Source: Candidatus Hydrogenedentota bacterium (lineage in GTDB: Bacteria; Hydrogenedentota; Hydrogenedentia; Hydrogenedentales; SLHB01). From it: a DNA stretch of 64,000 bases. A model generated the notes under the pieces. The model made no database searches. It worked only from the letters and a program-made list of their open reading frames with translations, and was not told the DNA's origin. Both the position numbers and the translations under genes were made by a program. Positions 1-9,349 of this stretch are shown here, in pieces (the stretch's first letter is position 1; each line of letters starts with the position of its first letter). The DNA lies in the NCBI GenBank assembly GCA_045863335.1, contig BTVY01000001.1, forward strand, positions 40,571 through 104,570. The letters are read 5' to 3'.

Positions 1-906
1 ACAATCGTTTCCAACCTCCTTCAGAGTGAGAATTGGCCCGCGCATAGTATTGATGCACTACTCCCAGAGGATCGCTCAATTGAAGTTGATGAGTCGAAAT
101 GGCTAGATGAAGTATCGCGTCTCTGCAAAGTGAACAAGGACGAGTTTTTGGCTTGGCCCGAGGAGCGTCGCAAAGAAAAACTAACCTACTATGGCGAAGC
201 GGCAACTTATAGAGTTCTCTACGGCTCGAAGGGTCGCAGAAGACCTAAACGGTTCTGCGGCTTTCATGATATGGCATTCTTGAGTTCCGGCGTGATTCGC
301 TATTTTCAAGAGTTCTTGGGTGTCAGTTTTCACATGCTCCAAGATGAGGAAACGCATGAGAAAGCGCTGTCAATTCCAGCGTCTATACAAACTAGAGCTA
401 TCCACCTAGTTTCGGAGCATAACCTTACTACTCTAAGCCGAAATGTTGAACTGCATGGGGAAGTGCTCAAATACTTGCTTCTTGATATTGGAGATTGTCT
501 GCGCCACAAGCTTCTAAAGCACGGGAGCGAACCTGAGGCAGCGCGCATTGTACTCGTCGATCCTGAGAATCTGCATGATGAGAATATGGTCGCTCTACGC
601 GAATTGATACTCGTCGGTGAGCGAGAAGGTGTGTTTCAAACCAAAGAAGGCCGACCAACGTACAAACCACGACACGGATCAGATCCGCAACCAGCTGAAC
701 TTCGACTCTGCCGAGTATTCGCCCCCGTCCTTGAGATAAGTCCTCGCTTGCGCTGGCGTACAGAGGTACGATGCGATCAACTTGCAGGGCTGCTCATTCC
801 TGGGCTTCGCGGTCAGGCGGTTAGTAAATTGAAGAAGAGTATGGTACGCGAAGTTGGCGGCGGCGACCAGAGTGAGTTTCCACTTTCAAAGGAGATCAAG
901 CGGTGA
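1..906 (+). CDS. ORC/CDC6-like AAA ATPase, C-terminal part (5'-truncated by the window edge)
   Basis: Frame is open from base 1 (TIVSNLLQSENW...) into the 130..906 ORF. The segment FCGFHDMAFLSSGVIRYFQE resembles the C-terminal motif of ORC-CDC6-like conflict-system ATPases. Walker motifs lie outside the window. Confidence 0.55.
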   Translation, partial: TIVSNLLQSENWPAHSIDALLPEDRSIEVDESKWLDEVSRLCKVNKDEFLAWPEERRKEKLTYYGEAATYRVLYGSKGRRRPKRFCGFHDMAFLSSGVIRYFQEFLGVSFHMLQDEETHEKALSIPASIQTRAIHLVSEHNLTTLSRNVELHGEVLKYLLLDIGDCLRHKLLKHGSEPEAARIVLVDPENLHDENMVALRELILVGEREGVFQTKEGRPTYKPRHGSDPQPAELRLCRVFAPVLEISPRLRWRTEVRCDQLAGLLIPGLRGQAVSKLKKSMVREVGGGDQSEFPLSKEIKR

Positions 907-1847
907 AAAGGCTCCTTCAAAGCGCCGAACTTCCGACACATAGCGTATTGGTGACATGTTCGAGCCATGAAGATAGATGCCTCGCGTTTCTCTCCAGGAT
1001 CAGTGATTGGAAACCCAAAATGGCGGTGGTATTCCACTACGACGACGAGAACCCAAAACGTGAGAAGAATCATAGTTTGATGCTTGCCAAGCTCGAGGAA
1101 ACGGATATACCCGCCCGCGAAGTAGTCTTCACTGAACGAAGAATTGTTAAGAGCTTTCGAGAAAATACAAAACTTTTTCACGAGACACTTTTGCAGAGCG
1201 ACGTACAGAACGTCGTTCTGGATATTTCTGTATTCACCAAGAGGCACTTACTCACCTTGCTTCAGTGGTTCGACGACCACAGCTTTTGGGACCATCTACA
1301 CGTCGTTTACAGTGAGCCGGAAGAGTATATCGTGTCCACCCATATACCGCTTTCCTTTGGCCTTTCGTCAATGCGACAGATACCGGGGTTTCCTGCCAGC
1401 CCAAATCTGAGCCGGCCACTTCATCTTGCCCTGTTCCTTGGATACGAAGGCGACCGTGCCCTTGCTGTACATGAGCATGTGCAACCTATGACCACCACAA
1501 TGTTCATAGGCGACCCGCCATTCCGACCTGAGTGGCGGGGCAGGTCCGAACTCTTCAACCAAGAACTGATTGCAATAGTGGGTGAAGATCGCGTAAGAAA
1601 TGTTGATTCTATCGACCCAATGAAGACCCTTGATGCCCTGATCCAGATTTTCGATACCGGATCGCACAGGAGCCCCTATTCTAGGGCAATCTCGCCGTTG
1701 GGTACTAAGCCTCAAACACTGGGAATATATGAGTACTTGCGACAAACAGACGATGCACCGGCGGTTGTATATGCCAGTCCGCTTAGGCATAATCATCGAT
1801 TCTCATCAAGGGGGTTCGGACCGACGTGGACATTAAAGGGTGACTAA
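903..1847 (+). CDS. Uncharacterised protein, possibly CARF-like Rossmann fold, coupled to the ATPase gene
   Basis: 314 aa; GTGA overlap with the upstream stop; motifs LDISVFTK, YSEPEEY, FLGYEGDRA, SPLGTKPQTLG; lower-GC codon usage. Confidence 0.5.
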   Translation: MKRLLQSAELPTHSVLVTCSSHEDRCLAFLSRISDWKPKMAVVFHYDDENPKREKNHSLMLAKLEETDIPAREVVFTERRIVKSFRENTKLFHETLLQSDVQNVVLDISVFTKRHLLTLLQWFDDHSFWDHLHVVYSEPEEYIVSTHIPLSFGLSSMRQIPGFPASPNLSRPLHLALFLGYEGDRALAVHEHVQPMTTTMFIGDPPFRPEWRGRSELFNQELIAIVGEDRVRNVDSIDPMKTLDALIQIFDTGSHRSPYSRAISPLGTKPQTLGIYEYLRQTDDAPAVVYASPLRHNHRFSSRGFGPTWTLKGD

Positions 1848-3030
1848 CGCAATGCCCCCTTCTCCATCGTATATTGATCGGTACCCCGCGAAGATGGTCC
1901 ATCACTTGGCATCCAGGTTGATTGATTCCTATGCGCGAAAGGCGACGAGGATTCTCGACCCGTTCTGCGGGTCCGGAGCTGTCTTAGTGGCTGCACAACG
2001 CAGAAGAATCCCCGCCTATGGGATAGATCTAAATCCAGTTGCGGGGCTGCTCACGCGAGTGAAACTTGAGGGATTTGACCAACGAGAGTTGGTTGGCCTC
2101 ACTGAGAAACTGTTGGACTCAGCCGAGTCGGGTAAATCCTGTTTGCCCATGTCATTACCTAACAAATGCTACTGGTTTACCCCCGCAACTCTGGCCAAGA
2201 TCGAGTCAATTCGTGGCGCCGCTTCCATTTCAGACCTTTGGAACTCGCGCGAGGGCAGGGCCTTGGTACTAGCGTTCGCACTAAGCATACGACTGTGTTC
2301 CAGGGCCGACCAGCGTAGTCCAAAGCCGTTTATCTCGAAACAAGCACGAAGCTCACGAGTGGGCCGACATTACGACCCATATACTATCATCAACAAAATC
2401 GTCGAGGAAATCTCCGATCACTATGGCGAACAACGCCAAACAACAATGACAGCGTTCGGCAGGGGCGACATTGTATCCGACCGCAAATTGATAAGGTTTA
2501 TGCCCGGCACCTCTCACGTGATCACATCGCCACCTTACATTAACGCTCAGGATTACTTCCGGAATTTCAAACTTGAATTGCACGCATTGGAAGGCGTATT
2601 GCCATTCCGAGTAGCAGAGCTTCGCGACCGATTTATTGGTACTGAGCGCGGCGATTTACTCCGCCCAGTAACAAGCTTACGGATCTCGGAGAACATACGC
2701 ATGCTCCCCGAACTTCCGGATCTCGCGAAGCGGAAGCCCAGACATGCTGCCATAATTCATCGTTATCTTTCGGATATGTACCATACTTTCAAACAGTTAT
2801 CTTGCCACATGAACCGCAAATCAACGTTTGTGCTGGTGTGCGGTGATAACCTCGTGGGCGGAGTTCACATTGCCACCTGGCAATTGCTTGGATCGATGCT
2901 TGAGCAATTGGGCTACTGTCTGCAGGATCGCTTCGCCGATCCAATTATAGATCGGGTCCTTGCGCCAAAAAGGTGTGGCCATAAGGGACTAATCAAGGAG
3001 GAGGTCATCTCTGTCTTCGAAAGGTTCTGA
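1840..3030 (+). CDS. DNA amino-methyltransferase (probably N4-cytosine)
   Basis: YPAKM, motif I ILDPFCGSG, motif IV VITSPPY in I-then-IV order; 8-nt overlap with the previous gene. Confidence 0.85.
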   Translation: MTNAMPPSPSYIDRYPAKMVHHLASRLIDSYARKATRILDPFCGSGAVLVAAQRRRIPAYGIDLNPVAGLLTRVKLEGFDQRELVGLTEKLLDSAESGKSCLPMSLPNKCYWFTPATLAKIESIRGAASISDLWNSREGRALVLAFALSIRLCSRADQRSPKPFISKQARSSRVGRHYDPYTIINKIVEEISDHYGEQRQTTMTAFGRGDIVSDRKLIRFMPGTSHVITSPPYINAQDYFRNFKLELHALEGVLPFRVAELRDRFIGTERGDLLRPVTSLRISENIRMLPELPDLAKRKPRHAAIIHRYLSDMYHTFKQLSCHMNRKSTFVLVCGDNLVGGVHIATWQLLGSMLEQLGYCLQDRFADPIIDRVLAPKRCGHKGLIKEEVISVFERF

Positions 3031-3069
3031 GTCCGCAGCAATCGGCAATAGCGAATGTTTTTCCTTAGC

Positions 3070-3107
3070 GGGCGGCTCGCGCCGGTCTTGGTGCGAGCCG
3101 CCCCTTT
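3070..3107. terminator. GC-rich hairpin between convergent genes
   Basis: GGGCGGCTCGCGCC-GGTCTT-GGTGCGAGCCGCCC followed by CTTT. Confidence 0.6.
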
Positions 3108-3115
3108 GTATCCCT

Positions 3116-4552
3116 TCACGCCTCCTGCACGACCTTGAAGCCCATAAGGTGGGCGAGGTCGTTGATGCTTTGGCTGTGGTCGCCGTAGAAGACGACGCGG
3201 TGGAGCAGAGTCATGGTATCGCTGCCGAGGAGGTCTGCGCCCCAGTTTTGGAACATGCTGCGAGCGTCGGCGACTTCGGTGACGAATTGCGTGCGGCACC
3301 CGAGTTCGTCGTGGGTCACGTCGATGATCTTGCCCGTGGACAACAGCATGGTGTCGAGATTGACGAACTTCGCGCAGGTGACCGGCTGGCCGATGCGGTT
3401 CTCCACGTCGAGCGAAACGCCCCGGTCGCTGTCGGTCTGGGTGCGGATGGTGAAGGGCAAGCGCTCGCCGTCCGGTCCGTCCATGCGCGTGGCGGACGTG
3501 CAGTGGAAGTGGATGAGCGCGTTGCGGGCCGTATCGAACACGGGATCCGTAATGAACCCCGGCACGCCAAAGGCGTAGCTGAACATCAACATGGTCAGCG
3601 TCGAATCCATGTCGCCTTCGCAAGCGCCGACGAATCCCATGTCATTGAGTTTGCTGAACGCGAGACAGCCTTTCGCGGGTTCACCCATGCAATTGGAACT
3701 CGTAACGGCCTGCGCCCCGTGGGCAATCATGAGTTCCTTCATGGCGAGGTAGAGCCGCGTCGCGTCGACGATTTCCTGCCGCGTGGGTTCAACGATGGCC
3801 TTGGCCTGGCCGAGCCAATAGGCTTCCGCCTCGGCCTCGGCAAGGGCCGGGTCGACCGCGTCAAACGCGGCAATCGTATCCTCCACCGTGATAGGAATCA
3901 TCTCGGCGCCCCACCGCTCTTTGAGTTGCGCGCCGTCGCAGGCAGCCGGCGTACCCATAGGGCCGCGCACGACGAGGATCTTCGTGTTCCGCATGCGCGA
4001 CGGCACCCGCATGAGCGCGGCAACCCGGTCGATCTCGCTCCAGTCACTGGACGGAATCGAAACCACCTTTTTGCCTTCCTTTTGCCAGAGCGGGAAGTAC
4101 ATCCAGCCGTGGCCGCTGAAGGGTTGCGAGAACACGGCCGTGGGCAGGCCCGCGGCGACGATCTGTTCCATGGCTTCCCGTGGCGCGCCGCCGCCGTGGC
4201 CGGACAGGTGAAACATGAGCACGCCATCGGCCTTCGGGAGCTGCTCCAGTACGGCGGGCAATTCATCCGGCGGCACCAGTTGGCCGCCCACGAATTTCAC
4301 GTCGCCCAAGCGGGTTTCCAGATCCGCGAGGTAAGCCTTGAACTTGTTGATCTCTTCGGTCGGACGGGAAAGATAGATGTCGCCGGTGCGGCCGATGAAC
4401 ACGGAATGGATGTTGATCAGTTCGGGCTTGGGCCAACGGTCGTCGTCGAAGGCGACGGTCCGTGCGTAGCTCTTCATCTGCGATGCGAGCAATACGCCCC
4501 CGGCCACACTGCATCCCAGGAATTGCCGCCGGCTCACGCAAGAAGAACACAT
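3116..4552 (-). CDS. L-fucose/L-arabinose isomerase-like protein with Tat signal
   Basis: Start MCSSCVSRRQFLG (twin-arginine); ACEGD, FHCT, GCRTQ, HRVVFYGDH motifs of the FucI/AraA-like C-terminal domain. Confidence 0.7.
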   Translation of the reverse strand: MCSSCVSRRQFLGCSVAGGVLLASQMKSYARTVAFDDDRWPKPELINIHSVFIGRTGDIYLSRPTEEINKFKAYLADLETRLGDVKFVGGQLVPPDELPAVLEQLPKADGVLMFHLSGHGGGAPREAMEQIVAAGLPTAVFSQPFSGHGWMYFPLWQKEGKKVVSIPSSDWSEIDRVAALMRVPSRMRNTKILVVRGPMGTPAACDGAQLKERWGAEMIPITVEDTIAAFDAVDPALAEAEAEAYWLGQAKAIVEPTRQEIVDATRLYLAMKELMIAHGAQAVTSSNCMGEPAKGCLAFSKLNDMGFVGACEGDMDSTLTMLMFSYAFGVPGFITDPVFDTARNALIHFHCTSATRMDGPDGERLPFTIRTQTDSDRGVSLDVENRIGQPVTCAKFVNLDTMLLSTGKIIDVTHDELGCRTQFVTEVADARSMFQNWGADLLGSDTMTLLHRVVFYGDHSQSINDLAHLMGFKVVQEA

Positions 4553-4905
4553 GGGTACCTCCTTGGGCCGAGGCAAGTCCCCCGGCCCCGTATCCACCAG
4601 AGATCATCCGATGAAAACAAGGTCCCCGTTCCGGCAGAGCACACAGACAGAGCGAGCGTTCGGCCGCCCCATCCCCCGTTTCCGGGACGACTCATGGTGG
4701 GAGAAAATCGGCGGGTGGATCGCACCACCCTCCCCCGTGGGTTTAGTCTAGCCCTTTCCGCCGGATCTGGCAAGGGCATTCCAACGCGGGGCAATCGCTC
4801 CAAGACTTCCAAATGCTTCGGCGTGGGAATTCATCTGCGAACGCGGAAGGCATAGAAACTGAAAAGATGGCCCCCCATTCGCGAGGGTGACGGGGTAGTG
4901 CTTCC

Positions 4906-4992
4906 TGTAGCGCCCGGTTTCCATGCCGGGCGAGATTCACATCCGCTAATTCACGGAGAAACAACGCCCGCCATGGAAGGCGGGACGCTACA
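4906..4992. repeat. Inverted pair of GTAG-type REP-like palindromes (REPIN-like)
   Basis: TGTAGCGCCCGGTTTCCATGCCGGGCG at 4906-4932 and the reverse complement of TGTAGCGTCCCGCCTTCCATGGCGGGCG at 4965-4992. Confidence 0.65.
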
Positions 4993-5024
4993 GATTGTCC
5001 TATGCTGATTTCTGCCACGGGTTG

Positions 5025-6617
5025 CTAAACCAGCGGCGTTCGGTCCTGGGTCCAGACGGTCAGGTTGGTGAGGTCGCGGGGTTTGCGCGGCAGAAGCAGG
5101 CCCATCGCGTAACCCGCGATAAACATGACGATATGGCCGATCACGCCGGTGTAATACACGTCGATGGGCAGGCGCAGACTCTCCGGAATGCGGAGCCACT
5201 CGGGCAGCGCGGTGTCATACTGGATGAACGTCATGTAGGCGGACCAGAGCACGGTGCATCCGATCGCGATGCCCACGCTGCGGGCGTCGCCGATCCGCGT
5301 GAGGAATCCGAGCAGGTAAAGGCCCAGCAGCCCGCCCGCGATGATGGAACTGATGATCAATCCGGTTTCGGCGATCGTCTTGCTTTCCGAAACGAGGAAT
5401 ACCCAGGCGCCGCCGATCATCATCACCGATGCCGCGATGCCGATCCACCGCGCCACGGAGAGGTAATGCTTGTCGTCCCGGTGCTTCACGAGATGGCGGC
5501 GGTACACGTCGACCACGCTGACCGTGGCAATGGCGTTGATGCTGGAATCCAGGGAAGACATGGCCGCGGCAAAGATCGCGGCGAGTACAATGCCGGTCAG
5601 CCCCGCGGGCAGTTTCTGGCTGATGAAGTACGGCAGGATCTCCTCTGCTTTGCGCGCGCCGGTCAACATGCCATCGGCGGCGGAGTCGGGGTGCGCCTGA
5701 TAGTACACATAGAAGGCTGTGCCCAGGAAGTAGAAGAAGATCCACATCCCAAGACTTGCGATGCAACTGACGAACAGGGCCTTCCGGGCTTCGTGCATGT
5801 TGGCCGATGCGCAATAGCGTTGCACGACGTTCTGGTTGCACGCGTACTCTGCCATGAAATGGGTTAGCCCCACGAAGAAGATCATCAGCGCGGTCTTCTC
5901 GCTGAGGCTAAAGGTCCAGGAGGCCTGCCGCAACGAACCGTCCGGCATAAGCTCTCGGAACGCGAGCTTGTCATGCGCCAGCCCGACCGAAACAATCTCG
6001 CCAAATCCGCCCGGCAACGCCTGGACGACCGCGACGAGACACAGCACGGCCCCCACGGCCAGCACGATGGTCTGGACCACGTCGGTCCAGACCACCGCCT
6101 CGATGCCTCCCGCCACGGTATAGAAGGCGACAAACACGCCGCATAGGAGAATGCAGATCGTCGGATCGAGCCCCGTGACCGTGGCGAACATGAGTGCGAG
6201 CAGATACAGGACCATCGCGAGCCGCGTGACCTGGGATATGAGAAAGGCCAGGGCGCCGTAGAGGCGCGTGGACGGGCCAAACCGCGCTTCCAGATACTCA
6301 AAGGCCGATGTGACTTTGCCGCGCCGGTAGAAGGGAAGAAAGAGGTAGGCGCCCGCAAACACCGCCAGGGGGAATCCGAGACTGAACGCGAATCGAATCC
6401 ACGAGGTCTTGTACGAGTCCGCGGGAATTCCAAGAAAAGAGTTGGAACTGATGGACGTTCCTACCAGGGAAATGCCGATGGCCCAACCGGGAAAGGCGCG
6501 GTTTCCCAGGAAGTATTCTTCCGTGCTGGTGTTGCGCCGGGCGAAATAGACACCGGCATACGCCATGCCCGCGAAGTACAGGACCATGACCAAATAGTCG
6601 ATCCAGGAAACGCCCAC
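5025..6617 (-). CDS. Sodium:solute symporter (SSS family, sugar or sugar-acid)
   Basis: 530 aa, many TM segments; EEYFLGNR, SAFEYLEARFG, GGIEAVVWTDVVQ, AAAMSSLDSSIN. Confidence 0.9.
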   Translation of the reverse strand: MGVSWIDYLVMVLYFAGMAYAGVYFARRNTSTEEYFLGNRAFPGWAIGISLVGTSISSNSFLGIPADSYKTSWIRFAFSLGFPLAVFAGAYLFLPFYRRGKVTSAFEYLEARFGPSTRLYGALAFLISQVTRLAMVLYLLALMFATVTGLDPTICILLCGVFVAFYTVAGGIEAVVWTDVVQTIVLAVGAVLCLVAVVQALPGGFGEIVSVGLAHDKLAFRELMPDGSLRQASWTFSLSEKTALMIFFVGLTHFMAEYACNQNVVQRYCASANMHEARKALFVSCIASLGMWIFFYFLGTAFYVYYQAHPDSAADGMLTGARKAEEILPYFISQKLPAGLTGIVLAAIFAAAMSSLDSSINAIATVSVVDVYRRHLVKHRDDKHYLSVARWIGIAASVMMIGGAWVFLVSESKTIAETGLIISSIIAGGLLGLYLLGFLTRIGDARSVGIAIGCTVLWSAYMTFIQYDTALPEWLRIPESLRLPIDVYYTGVIGHIVMFIAGYAMGLLLPRKPRDLTNLTVWTQDRTPLV

Positions 6618-6711
6618 GTGCTCCCTCCCGCCGCCGCAAAAGGCGAGCCAAACCTAGCACATGGGCGGTGCGACTACAAGGCGAGGCGGTAAGGTCTGTC
6701 GCGTGATAGGA

Positions 6712-9252
6712 TCAATCGTCGTCCACCGGAAATACGAAGGCCGCGCGCACAGGCGCGGGCATGGGGCTGTCCGCGCCCTTTATGGAACGCCACACGATCT
6801 CGTTGAACACGAGATCGTCTGCCGCGTCTTCTTTCTCGAAGTTGAGTTGGGCGGACAGGTCCGAACCCCAGTCGTCCGCGCTGTTGCGGACGGTGCGCAA
6901 TTCCTCCGGTACGGGCCGGCATTGGTACGGCGTGAGGTCAGACTCGTGCCGGAACGTGTTGTACATGGGCAAAGCCCCCGCGTCGTACTGGCTCATGGGT
7001 TGAAGCCCGAGAATCAATTCCATCGTCCGCAGCATGCTCGCGGTGGAGTACATGGTGCGGTCCAGACCCCGCCCGCGGGTGTACGGGCTCACCACCATCG
7101 CGACCGTCCGGTGCGCGTCGATGTGATCGGGTCCGTTCTGCGCGTCGTCCTGCACGACGAAGATCGCGGTTTCCGGCCACACGGAGCTTGCGCTGACCGC
7201 CTCGACGATCATGCCGAGGGCGAGATCGTTGTCCGCAACCATGGACCGGGGTGACAGACTGCCCTCCTTCGTGCCGGCGGTGTGATCGTTAGGCAATCGC
7301 ACGATCATGAATTGGGGCAGCGCGTCCTCCCCGAGCATGCGATTGAACTCCGAGATGAATCGCGCGGCGCGATCCACATCCAGGTAGTCGAGATCCCAGC
7401 CGTTGTAGAAGGGATCGAAATGCCCTTCCAGCGTCTCCACCGGCGTCGTCGCAGGCTCAAGATGCGCATCCGGATCGCCCGTGGCAATAGTGCCGGTCTG
7501 TTCCTGTCCGGCTTCGGGAGTCTTCGGTTCTGGATTTCCCACGAACTCGCCGAAGCTGAAGTACGACACGCCCGCCTCGCGGCACTTGTCCCAGATGTAT
7601 CCCGACTCCGGGTACGCGATGGGCCAGCGCCCCTCCGACGGATAGGTCAGCCCGTGGCCGCCGTAGGAGCTGGGCCACGTCTTCTGGACGAAATCGGTGG
7701 CGTACGCGCCGGTGGTCCATTCATGACCGTCCGCGCTCACCTGCGATTCCACGTAGAAGTTGTCCAGCAGCACGTACTCCCGCGCCAGCGCGTGGTGGTT
7801 CGGCGTGAACTTTTCCGGGAAGAGACACAAATCCGGGTCGCCGCGACCCTCCGGCATGTCGCCGAAAATCTGATCGTAGGTTCGGTTTTCTTTGATGATG
7901 TAGATACAGTGTTTGACAGGCGAGGGATCGCCCACCTTCGCGGGAATGGGGTTTCCTGAGGTGGGTTCCGCAACCGGCTGCTTGTCCTCCCGGTATGGAG
8001 AGCAGCGGCGTACTCGCGCCGTCAATTCGGGCAACACGTCGTTTGGCGGCATAGGAATGATCGACAGCGTTCCCGGCGTCATCACCTTGGCATGTTGTTC
8101 GTAGGTCCTTCGCGTGTCGTCACGCATGTACGGATTCGGACCGCGTGGATTGGCGTTGGAGGAGAAACCCTTGCCGTTGGCGACGTAGATGGTCTTTCCG
8201 TCGGCGGATACGCGGACGGACGTGGGATACCACCCAACCGGAATGGCGCCCAGCGCGCGCGAGCGTCCGGGCTCCTCAACTCCAAAAACCGCAACCGAGT
8301 TATTGTCCGCGTTGGCGATGAACAGGAGTTCGCCATTCGGCGACAGGGCGAGCGCGTTTGGCGTGCTGCCTTCCAACGCATCGGGATACAGCGCCGTGTT
8401 CAGCGTTTCCGTGACCTGCATGGCCGCCGTGTCGATGGCCGATACGGTGTTCACGTTCGCATTCGCCACGAAGAGCCGTGACCCGTCCGCGGAAAGCAAC
8501 AATTCATTCGGGTGTTCGCCGGTTTCCACCAACACAGGCTCGCCGATCCCCTCGCCTTCCAGCGGTATCATGGCGACCTTGGCCTGTCCCCAGAGGCTGA
8601 CGTATAGGCGCGAACCGTCCGGCGAAAACGCGCAATCATAGGGCCTGGATTCCGTGCCGAAATCGCGCCGCCACCGCTGAACGCCGGTCTCGGCATTCCA
8701 CACGCCGACCGCGTTGCCCCAGGTTTCCGTGACGGCGAGCCATGTGCCGTCGGGACTCACCTGGATGCCGCAGGGAACGTGCTGCTCCTTCACGGGCGCG
8801 ATCGAGAAGCTCCCCGGATTGGATAAGTACCCATCGTCGAAGTCAAAGGAGTGAATGACCTCGTCTTCGCCACCGCTCACGTACAACCGCGACCCGTCGG
8901 GCGAAAACGCGAGGCCGTAATACACGTTCGGCAACACCACGCGACTGACGAGCCGATTTCCACTCGTGCGGAAGACCATCAGTTCGTGCTCGCCCGCGCC
9001 GCAGTGGGCGACGACAAGATACTGCCCATCGGGAGTCAACCGCATGTTCATCGGGAACTGCCCCAAAGGCCGGTCGTCCCCTACCGGGTCCAGGTACCAT
9101 TGATTCGGCAACAGGATACGGTTCGGCGCAACCTCTCCTGTTCGCGCCGGTGTCTCTTGCGCCCCCGCGACAATTCCGAGCATTGAACAGACGATTGCGA
9201 CCCGTATAACGAAGCGATTTCCGGCAGGCGAAAAAAGAACATGGTGTGGCAT
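6712..9252 (-). CDS. Secreted YncE-type beta-propeller plus phosphoesterase/alkaline-phosphatase-fold protein
   Basis: Signal peptide; repeated SPDG..LYV blades; IIKENRTYDQ, SADGH, LPNDHT, DDAQNGPDH. Confidence 0.85.
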   Translation of the reverse strand: MPHHVLFSPAGNRFVIRVAIVCSMLGIVAGAQETPARTGEVAPNRILLPNQWYLDPVGDDRPLGQFPMNMRLTPDGQYLVVAHCGAGEHELMVFRTSGNRLVSRVVLPNVYYGLAFSPDGSRLYVSGGEDEVIHSFDFDDGYLSNPGSFSIAPVKEQHVPCGIQVSPDGTWLAVTETWGNAVGVWNAETGVQRWRRDFGTESRPYDCAFSPDGSRLYVSLWGQAKVAMIPLEGEGIGEPVLVETGEHPNELLLSADGSRLFVANANVNTVSAIDTAAMQVTETLNTALYPDALEGSTPNALALSPNGELLFIANADNNSVAVFGVEEPGRSRALGAIPVGWYPTSVRVSADGKTIYVANGKGFSSNANPRGPNPYMRDDTRRTYEQHAKVMTPGTLSIIPMPPNDVLPELTARVRRCSPYREDKQPVAEPTSGNPIPAKVGDPSPVKHCIYIIKENRTYDQIFGDMPEGRGDPDLCLFPEKFTPNHHALAREYVLLDNFYVESQVSADGHEWTTGAYATDFVQKTWPSSYGGHGLTYPSEGRWPIAYPESGYIWDKCREAGVSYFSFGEFVGNPEPKTPEAGQEQTGTIATGDPDAHLEPATTPVETLEGHFDPFYNGWDLDYLDVDRAARFISEFNRMLGEDALPQFMIVRLPNDHTAGTKEGSLSPRSMVADNDLALGMIVEAVSASSVWPETAIFVVQDDAQNGPDHIDAHRTVAMVVSPYTRGRGLDRTMYSTASMLRTMELILGLQPMSQYDAGALPMYNTFRHESDLTPYQCRPVPEELRTVRNSADDWGSDLSAQLNFEKEDAADDLVFNEIVWRSIKGADSPMPAPVRAAFVFPVDDD

Positions 9253-9349
9253 CGTGTAACTCCCCGCGATGGATTAACTACAGGACGCAGCATGCGGAAA
9301 TGGTATGGCGGATGCAACAGGTGCGTAAACTTGATGGGCGATGCGAACG

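Noticed and set aside
3149-4855. 568-aa plus-strand ORF and other long antisense ORFs (e.g. 30646-32295, 43366-45285, 45625-47289, 59343-61457, 61707-63158)
   Set aside because: They are shadow frames opposite well-supported genes, expected in high-GC DNA, and show no recognisable motifs.
4553-4900. GC-rich leader upstream of the isomerase gene as a riboswitch
   Set aside because: Several possible hairpins are present but I could not recognise any conserved riboswitch motif; an Rfam search would be needed.
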